DNA of 64,000 bases from NCBI RefSeq assembly GCF_009914755.1, contig NC_060938.1; one strand, given 5' to 3'. Position numbers and translations under genes: made by a program. Positions 48,059-60,750 of the stretch are shown in pieces. The stretch comes from the human T2T-CHM13v2.0 reference genome, Homo sapiens. The notes below the pieces were generated by a model that did no database searches, was not told the DNA's origin, and saw only the letters and a list, made by a program, of their open reading frames with translations. Numbering within the stretch: position 1 is the stretch's first letter; each line of letters opens with the position of its first letter.

Positions 48059-49270
48059 TTTTTTGTAGGAAAGTTAGAGATTGTATATTATTGAAAAAGT
48101 TCATTTTCCAGGGCTTCAAAATGACCAGGGGAGTCAAGAGACACTATCATGGAATCAAACAATGAATTTTTGTATTAACCTATGTGTACATTGACTATTT
48201 CACATTGACTAAGCTGCCTTAGCTAGAAAAACAAGGTTCTGTCATTTCTTTCCTGATCTTTTCCTTTCCTTCCTTATTCACCAAGGAGGATGGCCCAGCA
48301 GCATCTCAGCCTACGCTTTTTAACTCACCTTCTCTATACCCTCTACCCAATGTCCACATCAACCAAGGATCCCTGAAGGATTCTTTAACAGCACCAATGT
48401 ACTGACCATTACTCTACATTTTTCTAGATGGCTCTGAGGTCCAAGTAAAAGATAATATTTGCAACCAACTCACTGGAGTTGACCATCAAAACTCTTTTCC
48501 AGGTAAGGTCTCCTTCATTATCTGAGGCAGAAATTTTTTATTGCTTTCTTTCTATTCCAATTGAATTAAGATATGACAATCTTCCCATGTACATCAAAGA
48601 TGACTTACAGAATTTCTTGGTGGGCTATAAGGTGGGAGTCCATCACCAACTAAGATTTCAAGATGGCATCCATAGATGAGCACATCGGTTACAAACTGTA
48701 TGGAAGAGAGCTTTTTCCTACCATAAACATTTTTTTCTTCTCAAAAAAGAGTTTGCAATTTGCAACCAAATGGACTGGAAAATCTGGCACAAAAATCCTG
48801 GGCCTTTTCCACAAGTGTCCTGTCTGCTTTATTTGGGGCCATTACTTTGACCACTATTTCCCAATGGGTTTTGTAATGTCATAAGTTAACAAAAGACCTG
48901 TGCAAACAGGATACAGCATGGTCTGATGCTCATAGACTTTTCTGTAATTACAGGCACACTCAGGCATCGCAGAAAATAATATGTATTGTGGAATCCCTCA
49001 CTTGATGAATAATCTAGATGATCAGAAATGTGGCACTATTTTGGCTTTCAGGTGGAAAAGCACCCTGAATCCAGCTTCCTGCTATGAATGAATACTGAGC
49101 TTGGGTTGGTGGAAATTGATTTTCGAGATAAGTAAGTATGGCCATATTCTAAGGTTCCTGGAATCAACTGTGTTCCCTTTAGGTGGTGTGGGATTTTGTG
49201 CATGGGACTGGGTATGCCTATGTGTGAATCCAAGTGGTGTGATTCTGAGTGTTTGTGCATGTGTTCTTGG
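48059..49270 (-). mobile_element. L1-mediated retroposed unique sequence (orphan transduction or truncated processed pseudogene)
   Basis: Perfect 16-bp TSD CAAAATGCTCACTCTT at 48043-48058 and 49271-49286, a T-run at 48057-48064, and no recognisable Alu or L1 body. Confidence 0.8.
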
Positions 49271-49765
49271 CAAAATGCTCACTCTTACCATGGAAGCAAA
49301 ACTCACTTCTGAAAATAGCCTACTCATATAATATGTAAACACATGGAGCTTTGAGATAGACTAAGAACATGCTCCTATGTTCTATGGATCAAAATGCAAA
49401 GGTATCTGTACATATGTAAATGAAGACATTTTTGTTAATTTGGGATATATTGATATTACATAACTATGTGCATACCTATATAGACCATAAAACAAATTTT
49501 GACAATGTTTCTAATGACAACATACTTTCTAAGCCCCAAATACTGGACATAAATATGAAAATGAGTTTTTCTGTTTTTAAATACAGTTTTTAAGTGGAAA
49601 AGCAAAACCAACACTCTCCGTTATAACATGGACTGGCCTTTAAAAGGTTCAGAGTCAAAAACCTCTTGTTGTTCCCCAATGTGATAAAACACATAAGCTT
49701 TCTCTCTCTGGTGAGGAAGTCTGATCATCTCTAGTGTTTTGTCTTAAAAATTGCTTTCCAGGATA

Positions 49766-49915
49766 GGTCGGGCGCAGTGGCTCACACCTGTAATCCAGCA
49801 CTTCGGGAGGCTGAGGCAGGCAGATCACCTGAGGTCAGGAGTTCGAGACCAGCCTGGCCAACATGGTGAAACCCCGTCTCTACTAAAAATACCAAAATTA
49901 GCCGGGCATGGTGGT
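49766..49915 (+). mobile_element. AluS left arm only (3' half missing)
   Basis: Alu 5' half up to 'gccgggcatggtgg', then unrelated sequence; no tail and no second TSD. Confidence 0.9.
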
Positions 49916-49946
49916 ACCACGTTTCTCAGTCCCTAGAGCCTTTCTT

Positions 49947-50049
49947 TCTTTCTTTTTTGTTTTTTTCAAGGAAGCGTTTTGCTGTGCCACCCAGGCTTGA
50001 GTGCAGATTTGAGACCATGGCTTACAGCAGCCTCGACCTTTCCTGGCCA
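49947..50049 (-). mobile_element. Old AluJ/FRAM-like 3' fragment
   Basis: The minus strand reads 'aggtcgaggctgctgtaagccatg...ctgcactcaagcctgggtgg' + A-rich tail; TSD agagcctttctt. Confidence 0.8.
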
Positions 50050-50061
50050 AGAGCCTTTCTT

Positions 50062-50364
50062 TTTTTTTTTTTTTCTTTTTTTGAGACGGAGTCTCGCTCT
50101 GTTGCCCAGGCTGGAGAGCAGTGGCGCCATCTCGGCTCACTATAAGCTCCGCCTCCTGGATTCAAGCCATTCTCCTGCCTCTGCCTCCCGAGTAGCTGGG
50201 ACTACAGGCGCCCGCCACCATGCCCTGCTAATTTTTTGTATTTTTAGTAGAGATGGGGTTTCACTGTGTTAGCTGAGATGGTCTCGATCTCCTGACCTTG
50301 TGATCTGCCTGCCTCGGCCTCCCAAAATGCTGGGATTACAGGCGTGAGCGACTGCGCCCGGCCA
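50062..50364 (-). mobile_element. AluY, full length
   Basis: Reverse AluY; 15-bp TSD ccaagagcctttctt at 50047-50061 and 50365-50379. Confidence 0.95.
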
Positions 50365-50766
50365 CCAAGAGCCTTTCTTAGCACCAACTGTGTACATTGT
50401 GTACTGCCCTTTAGCCTTTGCGCTTTGCAGCCTAATCCAAACCAACTGCTGAACGAGACACGCGTCTCCGCAGTCTCCGAGTCTTCATGGCTTTGGTTGT
50501 TAATCACTCTCAGCAATAGCCAAATCCCTTCCTCCACGCTGGTCTGTTCTCCCTAACTGAAAATGCAAGTGAAGGTGGACGGTTTGCCGTTCTGAGGAGC
50601 CCCTTATCAGTAATAATGTAGCAACTTCAGAAAAGTTAGCTGAGCAGCCTAGAGAAATAAGCAAAGGCCAGAATGTAGAAAGCCTTGACTCCATGCTGCT
50701 TCATGAGAACAGGGGTTCTTAGACCTATCAGAGCAGCAGCACCTTTTGACAGCGAATGCTTTCCAT

Positions 50767-51005
50767 CTTATCAAAGGTGGTGTCACCTTTCTTCAAAGCA
50801 ATGTGGCTGAAACTCTCGACCAAGTTCTCCGCAGCTTCTTCATCTTGCGGATCTTCTCGCCCGGCTGCAGCTCAAAGAGGTGGCACCTCTGGGCAACGCA
50901 GGGCCCCGGCAACGTCCCCAAACTAGTGGAGAGCAGGCGCGCGCCAAGGCCTGCTCCTCCTCCACACGCCTTCGGCGGCTCAGGAGGTGGGGCGGCGGCG
51001 TCTTC
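50767..51005 (-). pseudogene. CDK14: Processed pseudogene fragment of CDK14 (PFTK1): GC-rich 5'UTR + codons 1-41
   Basis: 50888->50767 translates (one 1-nt deletion) as RCHLFELQPGEKIRKMKKLRRTWS/ESFSHIALKKGDTTFDK, against the CDK14 N-terminus as recalled, MCDLIEPQPAEKIGKMKKLRRTLSESFSRIALKKDDTTFDE (31/41 identical). The start ATG is mutated to AGG and there is no intron. Confidence 0.9.
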
Positions 51006-51176
51006 CTTGGTGCCAGGCCTACGTAAGTTTTCCTTAAAGCCTAACTGACAATTCCGCACAGGAAGCCTGTATTGCTGAAATTAGAACAAAAGGCCTATGT
51101 ACCTTAATGCATTCATATTTCATATTTTAAATAAAACCATGGTTTCCCACAGAGTGACTTCTACTCTAAGAAATGG

Positions 51177-51509
51177 GGCCAGGAGCGGTGGTTCACACTT
51201 GTAATCCCAGCACTTTGGGAGGCTGAGGCAGGTGGATCACTTGGGGTCAGGAGTTCAAGACGAGTCTGGCCAATAGGGTGAAACCCTGTCTCTATTAAAA
51301 ATACAAAAAAAAAAAAAAAGAAAAAAGAAAAAAAATAACCTGGCGAGGTGGCGGATGCCTGTAGTCCCAGCTACTCAGGGGGGTGAGGCACAAGGACCGC
51401 TTGAACCCGGGAGGCAGAGGTTGCAGAGTCGATATCGCGCCGTTGCACTCCAGCCTGGGCGACAGAGTCAGATTCTGTCTCTAAATAAATAAATAAATGT
51501 ATGTATGTA
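51177..51509 (+). mobile_element. Alu (AluS-type) with an expanded middle A-tract
   Basis: Full Alu with a (TAAA)n tail; TSD aagaaatg. Confidence 0.93.
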
Positions 51510-51848
51510 AAGAAATGTAATATCCTGGCAACTTCTAGATAAGCTTTTTATTAGTAAATTACCTATTTATTAAGGTACAGTGAAGGAAAGAACTTGCTAA
51601 AAATTATTTTGATTCGGTTCACTCAATATTTGAATACGTGCAAGACATTTTGCTATGCATTTTGCCTCTTGATCTATAAGCAAGAAGTAAATATATATTT
51701 TCATCCTTCCAGAATAATTTTCACCCGTATTTGATGGGTATTTGTAGACTGAACATGTGCCAGAGCCAATCTGTCCTTTCTTCTTAAACTCATAGGACTA
51801 ACCAGGCTGGCAAGTGGTAAATGACACCAAACTAGGCTAGATTCATAG

Positions 51849-52261
<413 letters not shown>

Positions 52262-52483
52262 CTCTTCTAACCTTTTCATAGTGGCATCTCGAGTTGAAAC
52301 ACCAGAGCCAACAGTTTGAAATACACATATGGTTTAGGAGGCTGTGTTGCTATAGGACATTTCTGCCCTATCAATGGTACAGAGACAGGAACTTCCTTAG
52401 CTCTTTTGCCTGAGGTCATTTGTAGAGACTCAAGTCTCAGTGATGGGATTCGGAGGGCTGCCTGTTAATTTTCGAGAGTGGGT

Positions 52484-52903
52484 TGTGATGGTTATGTTTA
52501 TGTGCCCACTTCGCTAGGCCATGATATTCAGTCAAGCTTTCTAGATGCTTGTGTGAGCTATATTTACGTGAGGTAAACATTTAAATCAGCAGACTCTGAC
52601 TAAAGCAGATTGCTCTCCAAAATGTGGTGACCCTCACCCAATCAATTGAAGGCCTTAAAAGAAAAAAGGCTGAGCTGTTTTGAGGCAGAGGGAGTTATAC
52701 CAGCAGGCTGCCTTCCAACTTGAGATGCAACATCTTGTCCCTGGGTCTTCAGCTTGCAGGCCTACCCTGCAGATTTTGGACTTGTTAACCTCCATAATCA
52801 TGTGAGCCAGCCAATTCTTCAAAATCAATCTGTCTCTCTCTCTCTACACACACACCCACCCACCCTTTCAGTTCTGTTTTTCTGGAGAACCCTGACTAAT
52901 TGA
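52484..52903 (+). mobile_element. MLT2 (C/D-like) solo LTR, ERVL
   Basis: TGTGATGGTTA...TCTGGAGAACCCTGACTAAT; perfect 5-bp TSD TGGGT at 52479-52483 and 52904-52908. Confidence 0.9.
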
Positions 52904-53496
52904 TGGGTAGCCTTTAATATGCTTCATTGTCAAACCCATGAGCGGCTTCATAAAAACAATCTGGGATGGCAAGGAAGACTTTTTTGGCTTGGTTCCCAAA
53001 TTTGGCTTTGACCTTTGCCTAGACTTTGGCCCCTGAATTCCCCCATGAAAACCCTGTGACTGACCCTCAGGACCCAGCTGTCTCTGCCTCTTGAATAACA
53101 CGCCAAGCTCCCTTACATAGAGCTGAGTCTGAGCCACTAGGCATTTTTCTCTCCAGCTAAAATTACACGGGACTCACTCCTAACTTTGCACAATTTAAGA
53201 ATCGATTCAGAATTTAACTAGTGAGCATGTCTGAGTTCCAATATCATACAAGGTTAATTCATTAATACTTGAAGATTCAAACAGCATTTTCCTGTACTTG
53301 CCCTTTTCAACTCACATAGAGGTGACCCTGTTCTATTATAGTGCCATTTTATACAATTTTGGTCCATTTCTGCTCATGCTTTCCACTACACCCAATGCTG
53401 GAGAGAGGACCTATAAAACACTAACCCATGGCGTCACTTGTGTAAATACCGTAATCTATGTACATGATCCAGCTGTGAATGTTGGTAATATTCATA

Positions 53497-53640
53497 ATTA
53501 TAATGCTCATATTTACTGAGTGCTCACTATGTGCCAGGCATTACTTTGTAGGTACTAAACCCTTTAATGCTCACACCAATCTTAAATGAGGTAGGTGCTA
53601 TGATTATCCCCATTTTATAGATGAGGAAATTAAGCCACAC
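53497..53640 (-). mobile_element. MIR
   Basis: 'tttactgagtgctcactatgtgccaggca...attatccccattttatagatgaggaaat'. Confidence 0.85.
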
Positions 53641-55393
53641 CCTCAATGGCACCATAAATAGTAGATGACCCCTGAGATTGTTCAGCTGCACTGACTGGCA
53701 GCCATTCCTGATGCTCTGCTGCTGGCCTTGGGAATTTCTCCTTCTGCTTCTATCCACAAGGGCACACAGCATGGCAATCCCCTAATCCTGCCTTTGAGGA
53801 TGCTACCCTGAGAAGCAGAGCCTGTGGCTCTTTGCATCCCACCAGGGAGCAAAGCTCTTCAGTCTTAGATTTTTTTCTGGCTGATCCTCTTTTCTCAGGA
53901 TGCTGCGGCTTCTGTTCTAGTGTCTAATTTGTCATCATTCCTTTTTTTCCTGCTCACCCCAACATGTGGCCCCTACTTGTTTTTGTGTTATGTTTCTGTG
54001 CCCTGTCCCTTCTCCGGAGGGTCTCAGGAAACATCCTGGTGGGCTCAGCATGCTAGGGGCTGCTCTTCACCTTCTCAGCTCCTTTTGATGTAAACTGTAC
54101 TGCAAGACTGAGGGCTTTGGATAGTTGAGGCTTTTTTTTATCCATACAAAAAATACACTGACTCACCTCTCCTGACTTGTACATAAGATTATCTTGACTC
54201 TCTTCACATATCTTGTTCCTTAACCAAAGTCCAATACTGCTTATTTCATTTAAGTATGACTTCAATGAACTTCTTAATTTGAAGAGTTGTAAGTTCTCAG
54301 TGATTCTGGTGAAATGTTTTCTTAACTTTGAGATGACTGTCTTCTCTTCCTGTAAGTCACTGAAGAAATCTTCCTAAAGTGAAACAAGCCTTTCTTCATG
54401 TCTCTCTTTGGAGCAGACTTCAACTGGCCCTTTAACATGCCCCTCCTTTGAGCAGAGGCACACTTCTTCTCTGTGTGTCTTTGTATCCCCTTATACACCA
54501 GGAATCCATGGAGCCCATCATACCAGGTGCCCATAGCATGGTAACTAGGAAGTAGCATAAAAAATATTACCCTACAAAAAAGGAGAGCTGTTACAACCCA
54601 ATTCATTAATTCCTGGTAGAATTGAAGGGTTAGGTCCTGCTAGACCTGGGTAGATTGGGCTGTCACTGTCGGGAGGCAAGTATAGGCAGGAAAGAGCTGA
54701 CAGAGTAGGTCTGAGACTTCAGAGCAGAGCCCTACAGTCAGAAACAGAGGTAGTGGCTCCTGGTGGCCTCTGGCACAGACACTGAGGAAATAATGGCCAG
54801 GTTGGAACCAGGAGAAGGACGAGGGACAGAGGTAGAGAGCCAAGGGAAAAGCTGGATGTGGGTTCAAGCGCAGGCTATGAGACAGAATTATGAGGCTCAG
54901 GGACATCTATGCTGATACTTTCACAGAGAGCAATGGCTTTTCTGAAGTGACAGGTTGACCCCCATTCTCCTAGGATTAAAGGGTCCCATTGTCCTGGAGC
55001 CAGCATGGGGGGCTCTTCATATCATAAGTGATAGTGCTGACAGCACGTTTATATTATTTTCTTTAGCAGGAGTTTAGGTGTTCCCAGAACACTGAATTGA
55101 ACTAAGAGCGAGAGAAAGAGAGAGAGAGAAGTGAGTGAGATGCTGTTGAGTTGAGGTAACCTATCTGTGAAATACATATTTTAAAATTTAGCCATTTGTA
55201 TAGCTGATTGTCTCCTTAACATTCCATTTAGGAAAGGAAGGGGATCTGTCTTACGAGTCAGATATTTCAGTTTAGCCATCTCATTTGCTATTCCTCTCAC
55301 AGTAGAGGAAAGCCAAGTGAGTTGCGTAAATGGAATAATTACATTTCCTATTCCTGGGCGACACATTTGCCAATTCTTTCTTAATAGCATTAG

Positions 55394-55686
55394 AGCCAGG
55401 CACGGTGGCTCAAGCCTGTAATCCAAGCAGTTAGGGAGGCTGAGGTGGGAGGGCTTGAGCTCAGGAATTCGAAACCAGCCTGGGCAACATGGTGAGACCT
55501 TGTCTCTACTAAAAATATAGCTGTGCTCAGTGGCACACGCTTGTGGCCCCAGCTACTTGGGAGGCTGAGATGGAAGGACTGCTTGGGCCTGGAAGGTTGA
55601 GGCTGCAGGAGCTGTGATTGTGTCACTGCACTCCAGACTGCACGGCAGAGCGAGACCCTGCCTCAAAAAAAAAAAAAAAAAAAAAA
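55394..55686 (+). mobile_element. AluJ
   Basis: J diagnostics and an A-tail; TSD agcattaga. Confidence 0.9.
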
Positions 55687-57348
55687 GCATTAGAATAGAT
55701 AGATGCAGGAAAACCCCCTGTGTACATGCAAAAGGTAGTAGTTGTTAGCATAACTTAAAGCATAGATCTCTGGACATAATGAAAAAGAGGCCGCACTGGT
55801 CCACAGATTAGAAAGATACATATGTAGAGAAAATGATTTTTGAGCCTCCTTTAAAGATACTATTCCAACTTAATTCATAAACATAATGATAGCATTCCTC
55901 ACTTACTTTACAGCTACTTGATCATTTTGTCCCATCTAGAGAAGACTCATCTCTGATAGGATAACTCTCATTTATCTCCTGTGTGGCTGGGACTCCCACC
56001 CATAAGCCTACATAATTAGAGGCCTGCAGGAGATTCACATTCCTTCTCTTGGTTTGTCTTTTAAAAACTCCCATTTGTTCAGTTTCCCTGGCACATCATA
56101 CATGTTCTTGCCTTCCTTTCCTTCTTCTCAGGCCCCCAGGCCACTACAGCACGTTTTCTAGAACTTTCCTGAGATATAATGCCTTTATCTAAACACTCTG
56201 TGGCTGAGTTCTGGTAAATAATGACAGGCATGTGTGGACTTGTGGGCAGAAGTAGGTTTTGCCTCTGTGCTTTTTCTCAGTGGGAAGCCCAGGAGGCTGG
56301 CCCTGTTTCAACCTCCAGATCTTTCTTTTTATGAAGATAATGATGATCACAGAGTCATATTATTGGCCTCCCTGCGGGCACTCAGAGGCAGCCAGCCCAA
56401 CGCTCTCATGTTTCTTTGCCTTTCATTTGAAAACAACATGTAGGGGCACATAGACAGGGTCAAGATAATTTAAAAGAAGAATTTTTGAATTTAATTAGAT
56501 AATACTTCTTCATAACATACTTGGTTCATTTGCACAAGGTATGGCAGCATGCAAAGGACTTCCACATGTATGATGCTATATAGTACTTGAAACATTGGAG
56601 CTGTTTCTTTTCTGATTATACAAGTGTTAAAGCAAATGTCTCCCTCTGTTTCTGTTAAAAAAGTGACAGAAATGGAATATTTGCCATGATCTCTTTTGCA
56701 GATACCATCCTATTTTCTTGCTTTTCAACACAGACTAAATTCTTCCTCAATCCAGTGCTCCTCCAAAGCCCCTTGTTCTTCTTCTTTTATATCTTAGCAT
56801 TTAAGCTAAAATTAGTATTCATGGCCATATGCTTGTTAATTCCCTTTGCATGAAGGTGCGTTATTGGCAATCTGTGCAGATCATTCTTTAGTTTGGACTT
56901 GCAGCTAGCAAACTCTTGGAGCGAGAGCCAAGCTCAGGTGGGCTGGCCTAGAGGACATTGCTTCCTCTTCTTTTCAGCAACAGCTTGCATCTCAAATAGT
57001 CCCCCAAGAGGACTATTTGATGAAGTTTTGGCATGTGGAAAATATAAATACACTTTGCAAAGTGGTATAGACAAGCAGAGATTTTTCTGAACTAATATAT
57101 AATGAGAAAATAACATTGAAATGGGAGCTGAATCCCCAAACCTGCATTGAAGAATGACTTTATTTTTTCCCTAAGCCTTCAAAATACTGAGGTGGGTTGC
57201 ATACCAATAGCCCTCAGTGGGCTATGCTGAGGGAGAATAAGCTAGCAAAGTAAGAAACAAAATGTATCATTTTAACAAAAAAAAAAATCCCCTTTTATTG
57301 ACTATGACATACATACAAAAAGATATGTTATGCATATGAGTTGTGGGA

Positions 57349-57388
57349 GTACGCGCGCGTGTGTGTGTGTGTGTGTGTGTGTGTGTAT
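57349..57388. repeat. Compound (CG)4(TG)n alternating purine-pyrimidine tract
   Basis: gtacgcgcgcgtgtgt...gtat, read directly from the sequence. Confidence 0.95.
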
Positions 57389-58580
57389 TTCCTAGCTCTG
57401 TTCACTGAAAAGGTTTAGAAACCATGACCGACCCAGTAGCAATGGGCATCCCTCGTTCCCAGGTGTGTCTTTGAAACACCATTTTTCCACTAACGAAAAC
57501 TAGAGAAAATGCTATTTCTAGGTTTGGGATGGGCAATGTACAAGATGTGTCTGGAACACCTTGCCATACCAGATAATGAGGAAGCTCTTGAAGACCACCA
57601 GGATCATGTTGAAAACACTCAGGGGTCACCTCGAAGAGGCTTCCACTGGCTGATGAGGGGGAAATTTGAGCTTCAAAAAGGATAATAAATGTAATCATTA
57701 TGAAACCCATCAAATAAATTGAAATCCATGACTTCATAATGATACCTTAAAAATTGATCTCCTTCAGAGCATAATAGGGAAATAATCCATTTTTTGTGAA
57801 AATTAGTAAATGAAAAGAAAGAAACATTTATTCTACTTCTGCTAAGTGAACATGCCACTGAGTAATCAAATAGTAGATGAGGGAAAGTATATTTTTAGAA
57901 AAGTGTTCCAGTGACAAATTAATAAATGGAAAAGAAATGATAGAACTAGAAGGTTACCATTTTGCAACCCCCTTTGAATGAATAGATCTTGGCATCAAGC
58001 ATCAACAGCTGCTATTATCACAACAAGAGAAACAACCAGACACTGCATGTTTCATGATGAAAAAACAAATCACCACCTAGAATCTTGCCAAAAGTTCAAA
58101 CCTGAGGCTGACCAAGTCTCTGGATCCAGCTCCCATTTGCAGGAAAGATAGAAGACAGAGGACAATCGGTATACAATCAGCAAAGGCCAAATGATGGGAG
58201 GTCTACCAGTCAAGTTGGACAAAAAGAAACGGATGGAGGAGAGACCCTGCAGACTATAAGAGAATTAAAAGACACGTCAAATTTACAAATGGGTAAAGCT
58301 ACACTATAGTGTTTAGGAATGCATGCCTAGGTAATAAAACTACAAGAAACACAAGGAGTGGTTACTTAACACTTCAGGGCAGTGGTTAGCTTTGTGAGAA
58401 TGAAGCCATATTGAGCAGGATGAGACACACAAGGGACTTTGGGGGTGCCGTGCAAAGTTCCATTTCTTGACCTGGACAGTGGTCTCTAAGGTGTTCACCT
58501 TTTAACAATGAATTGGGCTATGAAATCACTTTGTGTGGGTTTCTTAATCTGTGTTTTATTTTATAATGGAAAACGTTAAG
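57388..58580 (+). mobile_element. L1MC3/4-like 3'UTR
   Basis: 'tttcctagctctgttcactgaaaagg', 'ccagtagcaatgggcatccct', 'gaagaggcttccactggc', 'aagctacactatagtgtttaggaatgcatgc'. Confidence 0.8.
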
Positions 58581-58679
58581 AGAGTAGAAGAAAAGAAGAA
58601 GACCAATTTTTAAATTTACATTTTATGAATGCCATAAAGGGCTTAACTAGTGAAGAGCAGTTGCGTCAAGACATTATCA

Positions 58680-58920
58680 TGGAATGGTAATGAGCGTGAG
58701 CTCTGAGCCACCCTGGTGGGGCCTAAATCGCAGCTTTGCCACTTATCAGCTGTGTAACCCTGGGAAAATCACTCAGCCTCTCTGTTTCAGTTTTCTTATC
58801 TGTAAAGTGCATGTCATAATAGTTCCCACTTCATAATGTCATTATAAGATTTACATGAGATGATAACGTGAACATTGAGAATACTGCCAGGCATATAGTA
58901 AGGGCTCAATACAGCTATGT
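58680..58920 (+). mobile_element. MIR
   Basis: 'gctttgccacttatcagctgtgtaaccctggg...tcagttttcttatctgtaaa'. Confidence 0.85.
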
Positions 58921-60576
58921 TGTTCCTTCTTACTTCTTGCTTTTCTCTCCCATTCATTTTCCTCAAACACTGTAGCATTATCTCTTTCTTAAAATCCTGT
59001 GGAGCAGGGTGAGGAATCCTCCACTAGTCCTAGCCTGTGTCTCTCTTGTCCTTCTATCTTCTGCTCCTCATTCTGTATTTAAATACCCCCAGGGAGAAAT
59101 CTGAAAAGACAGGGAAGGAAAGATCCCAGCTGGGCACTCAGAATCTATTTAGAGATGAGAGAGAGGGAAAGGGACTTTTCTTGAATCCACAGCACCTAGA
59201 ACAGTGCCTGATCCAGAGCAAGCATGTGGCAGACATTTGCTGAAAGGATAAATAAAAGAACCTGTAGAACGTGATTTTAAAAGCACTGCTCAAGGATTTC
59301 TCTTTTGGATGAAGAGTTTGAAGCAGTCCATGGCTTTATTTTTGCCTCGTCCTGCCTAGCTGTTTTTCTTCCCCGCTGCCCCATTTTGGTGTTCATGTCT
59401 TAGTATGAGTCAAATAGTCTAAATGTAGTATCTGTTGGCAAAACATACATATTGCGCTTGTTCTTTATTCAGAAAGCCACATGTGGACTCCAGCCCCATG
59501 CCTACCAACCGTCTTGTCACTGTCACTCGGAGCTCCTTCCTGCCCAGCGGATGTGTCCACCCTCTCCTTCTTCCTCTAATGTTCTTCCTGTCATTGTTCC
59601 CGTACGTAACTCCCTCCCATCCTGTGTTCCAGTGTAGATGAGCCCATTGCAGCAAAGCCTTTGTGTACCAGCCTCTCATAGGTAAATTTCCCCATCCACT
59701 GCTTGTTTCCCTCCTGTTTCCTTCAAAGCACTTACCATGTATCTACCCATGGATGAATATTTGTGGAGGAGTCCATGGCCTTGACAGCAAATGACCAAAC
59801 ACACACTACAAGAATGGAAGCATGAATGCGAGTTGACTTGTTTCTTGTCTCCTCCATAGCTTCCTTGAAGGTACTGTGACTGTCGAGTTTACTAGTTTCT
59901 AGTTTTTAGTGGGTGCTCGATAAATACTTTGTGAATGAATGAATAAACAAATAGATAAAATGTGAAGCTTCAGGCTTGGGGTTGGGGAGGGTGGTTCTAC
60001 AAGACGACCTATCAGAGTCTCATTGTGAGGTGGAGCAAGGAGATGGGGATTCCAGGACAAGGAAGTAACATTCACAACCTTGAGGAAATAGGCAGTTTTC
60101 CCTGAAAGATCTGCTTCTAATGAGGGAGACCACCCCATACCTTTATTCAGAGATGGGCTAGAAGGCAGGACTCAGGAACAGGAACTGAGCCTACAGCCAA
60201 GGTCAAGGGCCTACGATGGTGAGCAGGATTGCTGGGCCTATTGTGCCCAGTGGACAGTCTTTAAGATGCTGATTCCAATGGGCATTTTGAGGTTTCTGAG
60301 AGTGAATGATGACTGAGTTCCATCAGGGGACTCAGCGTGGCCTGTCACTGACAGGGTGCTTCAGGATTTGGAGTGGTCCATAACTATAGACAGAGTATAG
60401 CCAAAAAAGCCTTGAATTTGAACCTTAGTTTTGTCACTTACCGTGTTATCCTGAGCAAGTTTTTAACTTCTCAGCGACTTGGATTCATTGTTTATAAGAT
60501 GAAGATCAAAGTATGTACTTTCTGTGGTTGTCATGACAATGAAATAAGATCTTTTCTCAGGTAAACTGCCCCATCC

Positions 60577-60750
60577 AGTATTGCTCAAATCTGGTTGTGC
60601 ATTAGAATGGTCCATGGGGAACTTAAACACTGCACACACACCTGGGCACAACTGCAGCAGATTCAGACTCAGTAATTCTGGGGTGGCCTCCAATCATCTG
60701 TGGTTTGGGAAAGCTTAGAGGTGACTATGCAGCTCAGGCAGAGTTGAGCA
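60577..60750. mobile_element. MER5-type hAT MITE (preceded by a MIR at ~60390-60560)
   Basis: 'cagtattgctcaaatctggttgtgcattagaat...agattcagactcagtaattctggggtgg'. Confidence 0.65.

Noticed and set aside
50793-51059. 88-aa ORF as a functional CDK14-like gene
   Set aside because: The native start is mutated (AGG), there is a frameshift at codon 24 and no kinase domain follows.
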